Source of the DNA: Squalus acanthias
Taxonomy: Eukaryota
Length of the DNA: 64,000 nt
NCBI GenBank assembly: GCA_030390025.1
Contig: JASTWF010000033.1
Coordinates: 1,490,001-1,554,000, forward strand
Reading direction: 5' to 3'
In this document: positions 12,285-24,850 of the stretch, piece after piece
Position numbering within the stretch: the first letter of the stretch is position 1
Layout of the letters: each line of letters opens with the position of its first letter
Translations under genes and position numbers: made by a program
Notes under the pieces: model-generated
Seen by the model: only the letters and a program-made list of their open reading frames with translations
Told to the model about the DNA's origin: nothing
The model's database searches: none

Positions 12285-13414
12285 TTAGCCCTCCCCAAAT
12301 GCATTATCTCAAACTCCCCAAATGCATTATCTCAAACTTCTCCGGATTGAATTCCATTTGCCACTGTTTTCCTCACCTGACCAATTTATTGATATCTTCC
12401 TGCAGCCTACAGCTTCCTTCTTCAGTATCAACCACACAGCCGATTTTAGTATCATCGTCAAACTTCTTAATCATCCCCCCTACCTTCAAATCTAGATCAT
12501 TGATATATACCACAAAAAGCAAGGGACCGAGCTCTGAGCCCTGTGGAACCCCACTGAAAAGCAACCTTCCAGTCACAAAAACACACATCAACCATTACTC
12601 TCTGCTTCCTGTCTCCGAGCCAGTTTTGAATCAAATTTGACACTTTGCCCTGGATCTCATGGGCTTGTAACTTCGTGACCAGTCTACCATGTGGAACCTT
12701 ATCAAAAGCCTTGCTAAAGTCCATATACACTGCATCAAACGCACTACCCTCATCTACCCTCCATGTTACATACTGGCCTGTAATTAATCGGTCTATCCTT
12801 TTCTCCCTTTTAAAACACGGATACCATATTAGCAGTTCTCCACACCTGAAGAGAGAGAGGATTGAAAAATGAAGGTCATGGACTCTGCTATTTCCACTTT
12901 TGCTTCGCTTAACAGCCTGGGATACATTTCATCCGGGCCTAGAGATTTATCCACTTTTAAAGCTGCTAAACCCCTTAATACTTCCTCTCTCACTATGTTT
13001 ATTTCATCTAATATTTCACACTCCTCCCCCCTGATAGCAATGTCTGATTCGCCCCTCTCCTTTGTGAAAACAGGCGCAAAGTTTTCATTAAGAACCCGAC
13101 CGACGTCTCCCGTCTCCACACACAGATGACCCTCATGATCTCCAATAGGCCCTAACCTTTCTTCAGTTATCCTCTTACTCTTAATATATTTATCAAACAT
13201 CTTTGGGTTTTCCTTGATTTACTTGCCAAGAATTTTTCATGCTCTCTCTTGGCTTTCCTAATATCCTTTTTAATGACACCCCTGCACTTTCTGTACTTCT
13301 CTAAATATTCTGGAGTATTTAGCCCTCGGTATCTGTCATACGCCGGCCTTTTTTTCTTTATCCTACCCTGCATGTCTCTAGACATCCAGGGGGCTCTAGA
13401 TTTGTTAGTCCCAC
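12285..13414 (-). mobile_element. CR1 LINE RT region (continuation of 9630-10394)
   Basis: MDFSKAFDKVPHGRL, GVPQGSELGP, KFDDDTK. Confidence 0.88.
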
Positions 13415-13421
13415 CTTTATC

Positions 13422-13673
13422 TTTTCGAAGCTTCCTTGCTTCCTCCTCTCAACTTACATTCCCACCCAGCTTTGTATCATTAGCAAACTAGGATATATTA
13501 CATTTGGACCGTTCATCCAAATCATTGATATAGATAGTGAATAGCTGAGGCCCAACACTGATCCTTGCGGTACCCCACTAGTTACAGCCTGCCAACCCGA
13601 AAATAACATGTTTATTCCTACTGTATGTCTTCTGTCCGTTAACCTATCCTCAACCCATGCTAATATATTGCCA
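13422..13673 (-). mobile_element. CR1 LINE fragment (continuation of 8756-9629)
   Basis: RT sequence resumes in register after the CTTTATC duplication. Confidence 0.75.
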
Positions 13674-14115
13674 TCAAAGTTTTACACCAATCATTGCTTT
13701 GACAGCACGTTTCCAGCATTCACCGTTGTCCTTCCGGACTCGAAACACAATTGTAAAGGAGCCTTCTGTGCCGTGCCTGGGAGCTCTGAACCATGGAAGA
13801 GAGCGGCTGGGACACATTCCTTACAGGCCTCAAGATTAACCCACACGGCAACCTTGCTGTCAGTGAAGAGAGATGAGAAAGACCAAAGTGCCGTTTGCCC
13901 CTCTCAGTGTGGCCCTGAAGGACTGTGTCCTGGCTGAAGTTCTGTTCCCGCCATACGATCCTCCCCCCAGATTGTCCTTTCTGAGCTCCAGCCAGGTGAT
14001 GCTCAACACCCAGGTGGGAAAGACGAAAATCTACAAGGTGATTAAAACAAAGCTGATTTATTTGAAATTTCTCCAGAATATTAAACTCCCGCCCAGTTAC
14101 AGGAGTTACTGACAT

Positions 14116-14316
14116 CAGCAGAAACAAACCCCCACTGTCAGAGTGAACATGGTTCAGTCCTGGATCTGATTTACAGCAGCAATAACAGCAGAATCAAACC
14201 CCCACTGTCAGAGTGAACATGGTTCAGTCCTGGATCTGATTTACAGCAGCAATAACAGCAGAATCAAACCCTCACTGTCAGAGTGAACATGGTGCAGTCC
14301 TGGATCTGATTTACAG
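14116..14316. repeat. 70-bp tandem repeat, about 3 copies, immediately 3' of the zinc-finger remnant
   Basis: CAGCAGAA(A/T)CAAACCC..GGATCTGATTTACAG at 14116, 14186 and 14256. Confidence 0.9.
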
Positions 14317-14705
14317 CTGTTGTCGCAGCAGGGTGGATGGCCGAGTGAATCCCTTCTCACACACGGAGCAGGTGACCAGCCTCTCCCCAGTATGAACTCG
14401 CTGGTGTTTCAGCAGGGTGGATGAACTAGTGAATCCCTTCCCACACACGGAGCAAGTGACCGGCCTCTCCCCGTGAACTCGCTGGTATGTCAGCAGGGTG
14501 GATGGCCGAGTGAATCCCTTCCCACACACGGAGCAGGTGAACGGCCTCTCCCCAGTATGAACTCGCTGGTGTACACTGAGGTTGGATGTTTGCCTGAACC
14601 CAGTCCCGCAGTGAGAACTCCTGAACGGTCTCACATCCGTGTGAACACGTTGCTGGAACTTTTATCCCACTTCCCGCAATCCAGGCATTTAAAGGCTTTA
14701 CAGAG
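14311..14705 (-). pseudogene. C2H2 (Kruppel-type) zinc-finger array remnant
   Basis: [17 protein letters not shown] linkers, about 4-5 fingers. Lost Cys/His ligands and a break between ORFs 14631-14975 and 14311-14634; the upstream side is cut by a CR1 fragment. Confidence 0.8.
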
Positions 14706-14789
14706 TATTAGAAGGGGATGATTTGCAGACGGGAAGCTCAAACTAAACATCACATGTTCCAAAATAGCTATTAGACAATGTGGAAAATA

Positions 14790-15000
14790 ATGAGTCGGAC
14801 ATTTAGGACTGAGATGAGGAGAAATGTCCTTACTCAAAGGGTTGTGAATCATTCGAATTCTCAACCTCAGAGGGTAGTGGATGCTCTGTGGTTGAGTATA
14901 TTCAAGACGGAGCTCGATAAATGTTTTGGAACTAATGGAATGAAAGGGCTGCAGTTGAGGTGGAAGATCAGCCATGTACTTGTTGAATGGTAAGGCAGGC
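14790..15000 (+). mobile_element. CR1 LINE 3' fragment
   Basis: FRTEMRRNVLTQRVVN peptide and CR1 3' UTR start. Confidence 0.8.
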
Positions 15001-16100
15001 GACGTCAGGAGTCAGAAGACCGTTAATGATGGTTTTGGGCCAATGAAGGACAGTTCAGGACAGATTGAAACAGATTCCCAGGCTAAGGCAGACCTGCTAA
15101 ATTATTAATTCACGTCAGTTTCCACTCCTGTGGATGATGCGCAGATTCCAGCTGTGGGATGTGCTGTCGACAATAACATCATAAATATTAAAATAGAATG
15201 GGATTGGCATCGTGGGTAAAATAGGAAATCTCAAAATGTCTCCGCATCTGCCTTTCTCTTTGTCACGCATCATATGTCTCGCCCTGTCTGTCCCCATCCA
15301 TCTCTCTCCCCATCGGTCTCTCTCCCGCTGGTTCTATCGTTCTGTCTCTATCTCCATCCTTATGACTTTCTCTGTCCTCCCCCCTTCTGTTTCCATCAGC
15401 CTGTCACCCCCGGCCATTCTTCCTTCTCCTGCTCCTACTCTCACGTATGTCTCTCTTACACTGTCTCTCGTGCCTGTCTTCCCCGTCTGTCTCCCATCGT
15501 CTGACTCTCTTTCTCTCACCCCATCTGTCTCCTCCGCTGGTCTGCCTCTCCGTCTGGCCCTCACCGTCTGTCTCCCGTAACTTTCTCCCCCGTCTGTCTC
15601 CCCGTGTCTGTCTATCTCTCTCTGTCTGAAACCCGTCTGATCTTTTCTGCCTCCCCGAATGCCTCCACGGTCTGTCGCCCACATCTGCCTCCCTCCCCGT
15701 CGGGCTGACTCTCCCCCATTGTCTGTCGCTCTCTTTCTGTATGTCTCTCTCTCTGTCGCCCTGGTGGTCTCTCCCTCTCTCTCTTTCCCTCTGTCTACCA
15801 CCTTATGTTTCTCTCTCTTTTCCCCTTTCGGTCTCTCGCTCTCTATCTCCCACCGTATGTCTCTCTCTCTGTTCCCCTTTTGGTCTCTCTCTCTCTCTAT
15901 TCCTCACCGTATGTCTCTCGCTCTCTGTCCCCATGTAGTTCTCTCTTTCTCTTTCTCCCACCGTATGTCTCTGTTTCTCTGTCCCCCTGCTGGTCTCTTT
16001 CTCTCTGTCGCCCACCATATCTCTCTCTCTCTGTCTCTGTCCCGGTCGGTCTCTCTCTCTCTCTCTCTCTGTCTCCCACTGTATGGCTCTCTCTCTCTGT
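15001..16100. repeat. Old CR1 fragment (15001-15240) plus CT-rich low-complexity tract; inverted paralog of 4550-7230
   Basis: Reverse complement is colinear with 4550-5238, 6762-6911 and 7194-7222. Confidence 0.75.
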
Positions 16101-17120
16101 CACCCTCAACGTAACAATCTAATATACCCAACAGCCCACACTGTAACCCACTGATATACTCAACACCCTTCACTGTAGCACTATGATAAACCTCACACCA
16201 ATCATTGTATCACTCAGATATACTCCACACCCCGCACTGTAACATTCTGATAAAACCCACATCCGTCACTATAACAATCTTATATACCCTACACCCCTTA
16301 CTAAACACTCTGATATCAACCACACATCTCACTGTAATACTCTGAAATACCAAACACCCGTGAATGTAACACTGAAATACGCCACACCCCTCACTGTAGC
16401 ACTCTCTGATAATCTCCATACCCCTCGCTGTAACACTCTGATATACCGACACCTCTCAATGTATCAGTCTGATATACGCCACAACCCAAAGTGTAACACT
16501 CTCTTATACACCAAACCCTGACTGTAACATTCTGATATAACCAACACCCCTCAATGTAACACTCTGAGCTAACCCACACCCCTCAATGTAACACTCTGAT
16601 ATAACCCACACCCCTAGATTTAACACTGTGATATACCACACACCACTCACTGTACGACACTAATATACTCGACACCTCTCACTGTAACTCTCTGATATAC
16701 CCCACACCCTTCACCCTAACAGTCTGATATACCCCACATCCTTCACTGTAACTCTCTGATATACCCCACACCCCTCACTGTAACACTCCGATATACCCCA
16801 AACCCCTCACTGCAACACTCTGACATACCCCACACCCCTCAGTGTCACACTCTGACATACCCCACACCCCTCACTGTAACCCTCTAATATACCCCACACC
16901 CCTCGCTGTCCCACTCAGATATAGCCCACACCTCTCACTGGAACAAGCTAATATATACCACACCCTTCACTGTCACACTCTGATATAGCCCACACCTCTC
17001 ACTGGAACAAGCTAATATATACCACACCCCTCACTGTCACACTCTGATACATGCCACGCTCTGGACTGTTACTACCCACAACAATCACTGTAATAATGAT
17101 ATACCCCACACCACTCATTG
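16100..17120. repeat. 32-bp minisatellite (CACTGTAACACTCTGATATACCCCACACCCCT), about 30 degenerate units
   Basis: CACTG starts at 16744, 16776 and 16808. Confidence 0.9.
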
Positions 17121-17384
17121 TTGTCACTGCCACTTTATCCCATGGGCTTCAATTTTGGTAATATGTGATACTTTATCAAGCACCTTTTGTAAGGATAGGG
17201 AAATTAGGACAGTGTGAGTAGTATCAATCATAAAACCATAGCATTGGTGATCCAAGTTGTGTTGACAAATTGTTTAGCGTACTTGACGCCCCGCTCTGAT
17301 CTCAGGCCTCGCCTGGTTTTAATCCATGAATTATAAATTTATTGATTTTAATCCTATTTTATTATTTCTATCTATTTGTTCTCA

Positions 17385-17545
17385 GGATGTGGGTGACGCT
17401 GTCAAGGCTGGTATTACTTGCCCATCCCGAGTTACCCATGAAAAAATGGTGGGCCTTCATCTTGAGCCGCTGCTGTCCTTGTGGTGAAGGTGATCCCACA
17501 ATACCGTTACTGAAAGAATTTCAGGCTTTTGACCCAGTGATGATG
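17385..17545 (-). mobile_element. 3' tail fragment of the LINE family seen at 30205-32440
   Basis: Reverse-complement similarity to 32290-32430. Confidence 0.55.
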
Positions 17546-17567
17546 ATGAAAAGCGATATATTTGAAG

Positions 17568-17972
17568 GGTACGGTAGCATAGTGGTTATGTTGCTGGTTT
17601 AGTAAACCAGTTATCTGGACGAATGAGCCAGTAGTTCAAAGCTCACCAGCTGGGGAATTTAAATTCAATTAATTAAACAAATCTGGAATAAAAAGCTTGT
17701 GTCAGTAATCGTGATCATGAAAGTACCGGATTGTCGTAAAAACCCATCTGGTTCGCTAATGGCCGTTAGGGTAGTACATCTACCGTCCTTAACTGTTCTG
17801 GCTGAAAGGTGACTCCAGAACCAGAACAATGTGGTTGACTTTGAACTGCCCCCTTAAATCGCTCATCAAGGCACTCGCTTGACTCAGCACCTCACCACCA
17901 CCTTCTCAAGGGCAATTAGTGATGGGCAATAAATGCTGGCCGTGTTAGCGACGCCCACATCCCAAGAATGAA
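17568..17972 (+). mobile_element. tRNA-derived SINE whose 3' tail matches the LINE at 30205-32440
   Basis: A-box-like TAGCATAGTGG and B-box-like GTTCAAAGC head; tail CACCACCTTCTCAAGGGCAATTAG.GATGGGCAATAAATGCTGGCC shared with 32360-32420. Confidence 0.75.
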
Positions 17973-17974
17973 TT

Positions 17975-18472
17975 ATAAAAATAGGAGCAGGAGTAGGTCA
18001 TTCGGTCCCTCGAGTCTGTGCCGCCATATAATGAGATCATGGCTGACCATTCAAATTCAGTACCCTATCCCTGCTTTCTCCCCATTTCCCTTGATCCCTT
18101 TAGCCTTAAGAAATATATCTAACTCATTCTTGAATATATTTAATGAATTGGCCTCAACTGCCTTGTGTGGTAGAGAATTCCACAGGTTCACCGCACTCTG
18201 GGTGAAGAAATTCCTCCTCATCTCAGTCCTAAATGGCTTACCCCTTATCCTTAGACTGTGACCCCTGGTTCTGGACTCCCCCGCCATCGGGAACATCCTC
18301 CCTGCATCTAGTCTGTCTAGTCCTGTTAGAATTTTATAACTTTCAATGAGATCCCCTCTCAATCTTCCAAACTGTAGCGAATATAAGACTAATCGACCCA
18401 ATCTCTCTTCATACGTCATTCCTGCCATCCCATATATCAGTCTGGTGAATCTTCGCTTCACTCCCTCCATGG
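17975..18472 (-). mobile_element. CR1 LINE 3' end
   Basis: ORF 18057-18470 (EGVKRRFTRLI..RRNFFTQ..WNSLP). Confidence 0.9.
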
Positions 18473-18599
18473 CAATGATTTATAAAGCGTCATAATATTT
18501 TATTATTGGCCATAATGATTTATAAAGGGGTATAAAGATCAGTAAATTGTTATAATGATTTTCAAGTATTATAAAGGGTTATAATGATTTATAAAGTAC

Positions 18600-19065
18600 T
18601 GGTGCCGGGCCTCCTCCTCCCTGGGCTGGGCTTCTCGAGCTCCCGTGGGCCGGGCTGCTCTGCCTCGCCGCCCGCTCTCACGGTAACCGAGCCTCCAGCT
18701 GCTGACGGCCTCGGGACGCTCCCCTCCCGCCGCCAGGGAAAGGCACAGAATGAAAGCCGCCATTCTTGTGCGGGGCGCCAGAGCCGCCATCATTGTGCGG
18801 GGCGCCAGAGCCGCCATCATTGTGCGTGGCACCAAAGCTGCCATCTTTGAGCGGGCGCCAATACCGCTATCTTTGTGCGGTTCACTGGAGACGCCATCAT
18901 TGTGCGGGGTGCAGGAACCGCCATCTTTGTGCTGGGCGGGGTCCTGCTGCTCTGTTCATTGATCGCCGCCACCTTCTTTGTCTGGGGCACGGCGGCCGCC
19001 ATCCTGGTACGGGCGGAAGTTGCGCTGCTTCAGGCGGCGCGTTAGGGGCGGCCATCTTTGTCTGA
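18600..19065 (-). promoter_or_regulatory. CpG-rich island with arrayed GCCGCCAT(C/T) YY1-type motifs (27-bp units) and an ETS-type GGCGGAAGT
   Basis: High CpG density and repeated (G/A)CCGCCATC/T motifs; function is inferred only. Confidence 0.4.
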
Positions 19066-19113
19066 GGCACTGATGCCTTTCCAGAGGGGCCTGACAGGTG
19101 GCCGCACACCTCA

Positions 19114-19590
19114 CAGGGAGCCCAGTGTAGAGAGTCTGTGATTGAGCGTGTGAATGTCATCGATCACCGGCCCCGCGCCGAACTGTCCCGGGGGAGAGTG
19201 GACGCCATAATAACAGACCCAAGGAGCCCAGTGCAGACATTCTGTGAGTGAGCGTGTGACTGGCCCCGATTACAGGCCCCGCTGGCGGCCCGGGAGAGAG
19301 CGGCTCACCACAATATCAGTCCCAGGGAGCCCAGTGCAGAAAGTGTGTGAGTGAGCGAGTGAATGTCCCCGATCACTGGCCCAGGGGGAGAGCGGCTCAC
19401 CACAATATCAGGCCCAGGGAGCCCAGTGCAGAGAGTGTGTGAGTGAGTGTGTGAATGTACCTAATCACCGGCCCCGCGGGCGGCCCGGGGGACAGCGGCT
19501 CGCCTCAATATCAGGCCCAGGGAGCAGGTGTAGATATTGTGTGAGTGAGCGAGTGAATGTCCCCGATCACTGGCCCCGCGGGCGGCGCGG
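19114..19590. repeat. Tandem repeat of ~90-105 bp, about 5 units (AGGGAGCCCAGTGCAGA..GTGAGCG.GTGAATGTCCCCGATCAC..)
   Basis: GGAGCCCAGTG recurs near 19117, 19222, 19326 and 19418, with a variant near 19521. Confidence 0.85.
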
Positions 19591-19594
19591 ATGT

Positions 19595-20195
19595 GAAGGC
19601 TGGATAACAAAATTGAGGCTCATGGAATAGGCGGGTCAGCGACAGCTTTGTAAGGATTTAGCTTAACGACAGAAAACAGCGAGATGTGTAAAATGGCTGT
19701 TTTTCAGACTGGAGGATGGTAGACAGTGCTGTTCCCCAAGGGTCAGTGCTGGGGCCACTGCTTTTTTGATATATATAAATGACCTGGATGTTGGAATAGA
19801 GAGTCGAATTCCTAAATTTGTCGATGACACTAAACAGTGAGGATGATACCAGTCAACTGCAACAGGACATAGAAAGACTTTTAGAATGGGCAAGACAAGT
19901 TGATGGTACAAGGACTAGGGGACACTGATTTAAGGTTTTGGGCAAGAGAAAAGGGGGGACGTGAGGAATTTTTTTTAGACAGCTTGTAGTGGACCTAGAA
20001 ATCGCTGCCGACGGAAGTGGTGGTAGCGGAGACACGCAATGTTTTCAAGGGGTGACTGGACACACTGAGGGAAATAAACTTGCAGGGATACGTCGATAGA
20101 GCAGGGGAATAGGACTGCCTGGGTTGCTCTACAGAGAGCCGGCACGGACTCGATGAGCCGAATGACCTACTGCGCCGTTATGATTCTATGATTCT
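19595..20195 (+). mobile_element. Internally deleted CR1 LINE fragment with 3' tail abutting the GPCR stop codon
   Basis: PQGSVLGP and KFVDDTK motifs; (TATGATTC) tail. Confidence 0.8.
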
Positions 20196-20197
20196 TC

Positions 20198-21099
20198 TCA
20201 TCCTTTAATGAATTTTACAGTCAGAGTAAAGGAATATTTCACCACATTCTTTATCTGCTCTCTGAACTTAGTCTGGGTCACGCAATAAATCCCAGTGTTC
20301 GTGCAGCAACTCAGCAGCTGCAGCATGAATCCCATTTCCCTTACATAAGTAGGTGGCATTACATACACATTCCCGAAATAACTCATCCGGTTCCATATAG
20401 AGAACATCATAATCACTGCCCATAACAGAATGAAATTGCCCGAGATAGCAAGCAGTAAAATGATGGATTTCCTGCGGCTCTCCATCTCTGCGTCTCTGGG
20501 ACTCTCCCCACTGCTGGGACCCCGGAGTCTCCTGCGGGCTCTGCTGGCCACTAAAATGTGTCTGACGGTGACAGCATTGAGCAGCAGAATCAGAACAAAT
20601 GGGATTCCCGGGGTGAGAATATGATAAAGGAACTCGATTGCTGTCCAGAATAGTGACAACTGAATATCCAGTTTTACATAACAAAACCAGGGGACGTTCA
20701 TAAGCCAATATTCATCTGTGAACATAAAATACCAGAAAATGTTCTTTAAACAGCTCAGCACTGTCACTGTGCCCAGAACCACAGCCGCCGTTTTCTCGGT
20801 GCAATATTTAGTTTTCAGCTTCTGGCAACAAATGGCCATAAATCGATCAAAGGTGAAAGTGACGGTGAACCAGACAGAACAGTCTGTGGCTGCATAAAGC
20901 AGGGCGGCGTGAATATTACACACGCGGAGGGACAGCACGAAAAGGAACTGTTCCCAATACAGAATCGGAATCTGCCTCAATATCAGGTCGAGGATAACGA
21001 CCAGTAGATCCGCCGTTGCCATGGCCACCAGGTAGCGAGTGACACATTTGGAGAGACCACACTTTCCCCGAGACAGGGTCACAATCGTCACTAAGTTAA
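20198..21099 (-). CDS. Class A orphan GPCR, GPR139/GPR142-like, main coding exon (TM1 C-half to C-terminus)
   Basis: Open 297-aa frame with AMATADLLV (TM2), FTFDRFMAIC (DRY-like) and SCCTNTGIY (NPxxY-like). Acceptor tttcccttcctcacag at 21100-21115; phase-1 junction gives ..VP|VNLVTIVTLSRGKCGLS. Confidence 0.9.
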
Positions 21100-22409
21100 C
21101 TGTGAGGAAGGGAAATAAACAGGGAAATTATACATCAGGATGGGAGCAGAAGCAGCGTTTTCATGGAATTCGGGATGAAATCTGCAATTAATTAGCGACA
21201 TCCAATTATATAATCTAATTCTATTATCTTTGGAGCTGAATACAGGGTTTATTGTAAGAATAATCGATAATACATTGTAGAATCAATAAATCAAATGGGG
21301 ATAAATACAACATGAAAGTAACAGATGTTTGATCAAGGAGAGATTAAATGATAGATCTTCATTTAGCCCAGCAGACAAAAGCACCGCCCGAGGCACTAGG
21401 GACACAAAGGACCAGAACCTCTCAGGAAGCCTTCCTGTCCCGGGATCAGTCAGCATTTGGAGCGGTGCAATTCGCTTCTGTGCCCCTGTGTTAGGGAGGG
21501 GGAAATCCGGCTTGTATTCATGCTCCTGGTTAGAATATCCATTATATTTAGAACTGAAAATGAATGCAACAGCAATATACAGAAACAGCAATCTTGGCAT
21601 ACAATAATTACAGGCAATTGTATGTAAAATGTACGGATGTAATATGCAAATGCTAAGATAATAAATACAAGTGCACTGCAGTTATAAAGATAACTGGGCT
21701 GTAAGGAATGTTTTGAAGTTTGAACTTTCTACAGTTTTGTTGAAATACACAAATTGTAGATCATTGAAAGGAAGGTTTTCCAAATCACATTTCAAAAAAT
21801 GGACTCTGAATTAAAATAAATAGTTATCATTGACCAGGTAATGTCCCACTAAATGCATTTATTAGCATCGAAATCAGCCGATTTATCCCACAGGCAAAGT
21901 TATGGCAAACGCTTTTGTAAAGTTTCTGAACACAAATGGAAGAGATATATCCTTGTACTTTTTCACCTGTTGTTTTCCACTTGTGCAGAGAATAGCAGAC
22001 GTTAAAATAGGAAAGGGTTTTCTTATGCTCAGTACTTCAGTTACAATCAGCTGGAATTGTTTATCCTGAAGTAAAGCAGAAGGCAATAGAGAATCACTCT
22101 GGGTCTCACTGAGAGATCCACTGAACTGTGACAGACTGGCATGAGATTCAATTACAAATTCAAAACAGTGAATGGAAATAAATGTATTGAAACCAGGTTG
22201 AATGAACATGTTGTGAGAATGCAAATTATCCTTGTAATCCTTTTGTAACCATCAGAAGTAGTGCCACTACTGCAGAACTGGATATGGTGGGACAGGAGAC
22301 ACTGACTGGAACTGAATGATTAGCGGATATTTCCGACATTTAAAGATGTGTTTGTGATCTGCCAGGAATTGTTCCTGTGACTCTGTAAGTAACCATACCG
22401 AGCATTAGG

Positions 22410-22525
22410 TGAAAACAAAACCAAAATACTGCGGATGTTGAAAATTTTAAATGGAAACAGAAAATGTTGGAAATATTCAGCCAGTCAGGCTGCATCTGTG
22501 GAGAGCGAAACAGAGGTAACGCTTT
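22410..22525. mobile_element. Penelope terminal-repeat-derived fragment (intronic)
   Basis: AAATACTGCGGATG..GAAAATGTTGGAAATATTCAGC..GCATCTGTGGAGAG matches 59575-59630; similar pieces lie near 35160-35290 and 50600-50670. Confidence 0.65.
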
Positions 22526-22529
22526 ATAG

Positions 22530-24850
22530 GAACATAAGAAAAGGAGTAGGCCATACAATACTTCTTGCATTTCATAGGATTCCATTACATAGGATAAACG
22601 GGACAGAAACAGACCATTCGGCCCAACCAGTCCTGCCGGCTATTATACTTCACTCGAGCGTCCTCCCCTATGTCCTCATCTCAATCTATTAACATAACCC
22701 TCTGTTCCCTTCTCCATCATATGCATGTCTAGCTTCCCCTTAAATGCATCTGTAGTATTCCGTTCAACCACTCGCTGAGGTAGAGAGTTCCACATTCTCA
22801 TCACTCTTTGGGTAAATAAGTTTTTTCTGAATTCCCTATTGGAATTCTTGGTGACTATCTTATATTGATGGCCTCTAGTTATGCTCTACCCCACAAGTGG
22901 AAAGATTCTCTCTGTATCCACACTATCAAAACCTTCCATATTTTTAAAGGCTTCTATTAGGTCACACCCTTTCTTTTGTCAAGAGAATAGAGACCCAGCC
23001 TCTTCATCCTTTCTTGATATGCATATCCTCGCATTTCTTTTATTATCCTTGTAAATCTTCTCTGCATCCTCTCCAGTGACACTATATCCTGTTTTTATAA
23101 TATGGCGTCCAAAACTGTACGCAGTACTTTAGCTGTCGTCCAACCAAGGTTCGATACAGGTTTAGCATGAATCTACTTTTTAATTCTGAACCTCTCGAAA
23201 TAAACTCTAGCGCTTGGTTTGCTTTGATGATGCCCTTGACAACCTCTGTTCAACTTAAGTGATTTGTGTATTTGTACTCTTAGACCCCTTTGTTCCTCTA
23301 CCCACCTAGTAATCATGGCCCCAGCATTGAAGTCTACATCATTGATATATACCACATAAGCAAAGGACTTATTTCTGAGCCCTACCGAACCCCACTGCAA
23401 GCAGCCTTCCAGGGACAACTACACCCGTCGACCATTCCCCTTTGCTTCCTGCTACTGAGCCAATTTTGGATCCAACTTGCCACTTGCCCTTGGATCCCAT
23501 GGGCTTTTACTTTTTTGACTGACCTGTCATGTGTGACCTTGTCAAAGGCCTTGCTAATATCTATGTGGAATACATTAAATGCATTACCCTCAAGACACTC
23601 CTCGTTACCTCCGCAAAAAAGGTAGTCATAAACGAACTTCCATTAACAAATCCATGCTGACTGTCCTTGATTAATCCATGCCTTTCTAACTGCCGATTTA
23701 TACTGGTCGTCAGAATTTGTCCAATGATTTTCCACCACCGAGGTAAGGCTGACTGGCCTGTAATTGGTCAATCCCTTTCTCTCTTTTTAAAAAACTTCAT
23801 CCGGGTCTCGGGTTTTATCTACATTCAATGATACTAAACTCCTTAATATTTCCTCTCTCACTATGTTTATCTCATCTAATATTTTACACTCCTCCTCCTT
23901 AACAACAATGTCTGCTTTACCCTACTGCTGTGAAGACAGATGTAAAGATTTTATTAAGAACTATACCCACGTCTTCTGCCTTCACAGATATGTTAACTTT
24001 ATGGTCCCTAACAGGCCATACTCTTACTTTAGTTAACCTCTTGCTCTTAACGTATTTCTAAAACATCTTTGGATTTTCCTTGATATTACTTGCCATTATT
24101 TTTTCATGACCTTTCTTTGCCTTTCTAATTGCCTTTTTAATTTCAATCCGCCACGTTCGATACTCCTCTGAGCTTTCTGCAGTATTGAGCTCTCGGTGTC
24201 TGACAAAAGTTTCCCTTTTTTTCCTTCTCATACCCTGTATGCCCCTTGACATCCAGGAGGCTCTAGATTTGGAAATCCCGCCCTTTTTCTTGTGGGAACA
24301 TATTTGCTCTGAACCCTCACTATCTCCTCCTTGAATGCCTCCCACTGCACTGACACACATTTCCCATCAAGCAGCTCTTTCCATTCCACTTTTGCTAAAT
24401 CACATCTCAGCTTAGTTAAACTGGCCTTTCCCCAATTGAGAAATTTTACACCTGGTCTATCTTTGTCCTTTTCCATTAGGGGAGAATTAATATCGATGTT
24501 CAAAATCATGATGTGTTTTGATAGATTAAGTAATTCTGTTTCTAATGACAGAACCGTCAGTAACCAGAGGAGACAAATTTAAGGTAATTGGCAAAAGAAC
24601 CAGAGGAGAGACGAGGAGAATGTTCTTTATGCAGTGGGTTGTTGTGATCAGGAATGCAATGTCTGAGAACGTGGTGGAAGCAGATTCAATAGTAACTTGC
24701 GACATGCAATTGGATAATTAGTTGAAGGGAAAATATTTACAGGGCTCTGGCAAAATAGTAGGACTAATTAGATAGCTCTTTCAAAGAGACAGCACGAGCA
24801 CGATGCACCGAATGGTCTCCTTCTGTGCTGTACCATTCTATGACTCTATG
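22530..24850. mobile_element. Cluster of decayed CR1 fragments in the GPCR intron (mostly minus; plus-strand 3' end at ~24480-24850)
   Basis: CR1 ORF2 peptides in ORFs 24058-24360 and 24228-24509; CR1 tails. Confidence 0.8.

Noticed and set aside
15212..16579. Ser/Leu- and Arg/Glu-rich ORFs
   Set aside because: Translations of CT/GA low-complexity and minisatellite sequence.
18569..19160. MMAALAPRT-repeat ORFs
   Set aside because: A 27-bp GC-rich repeat; no domain or splice support.
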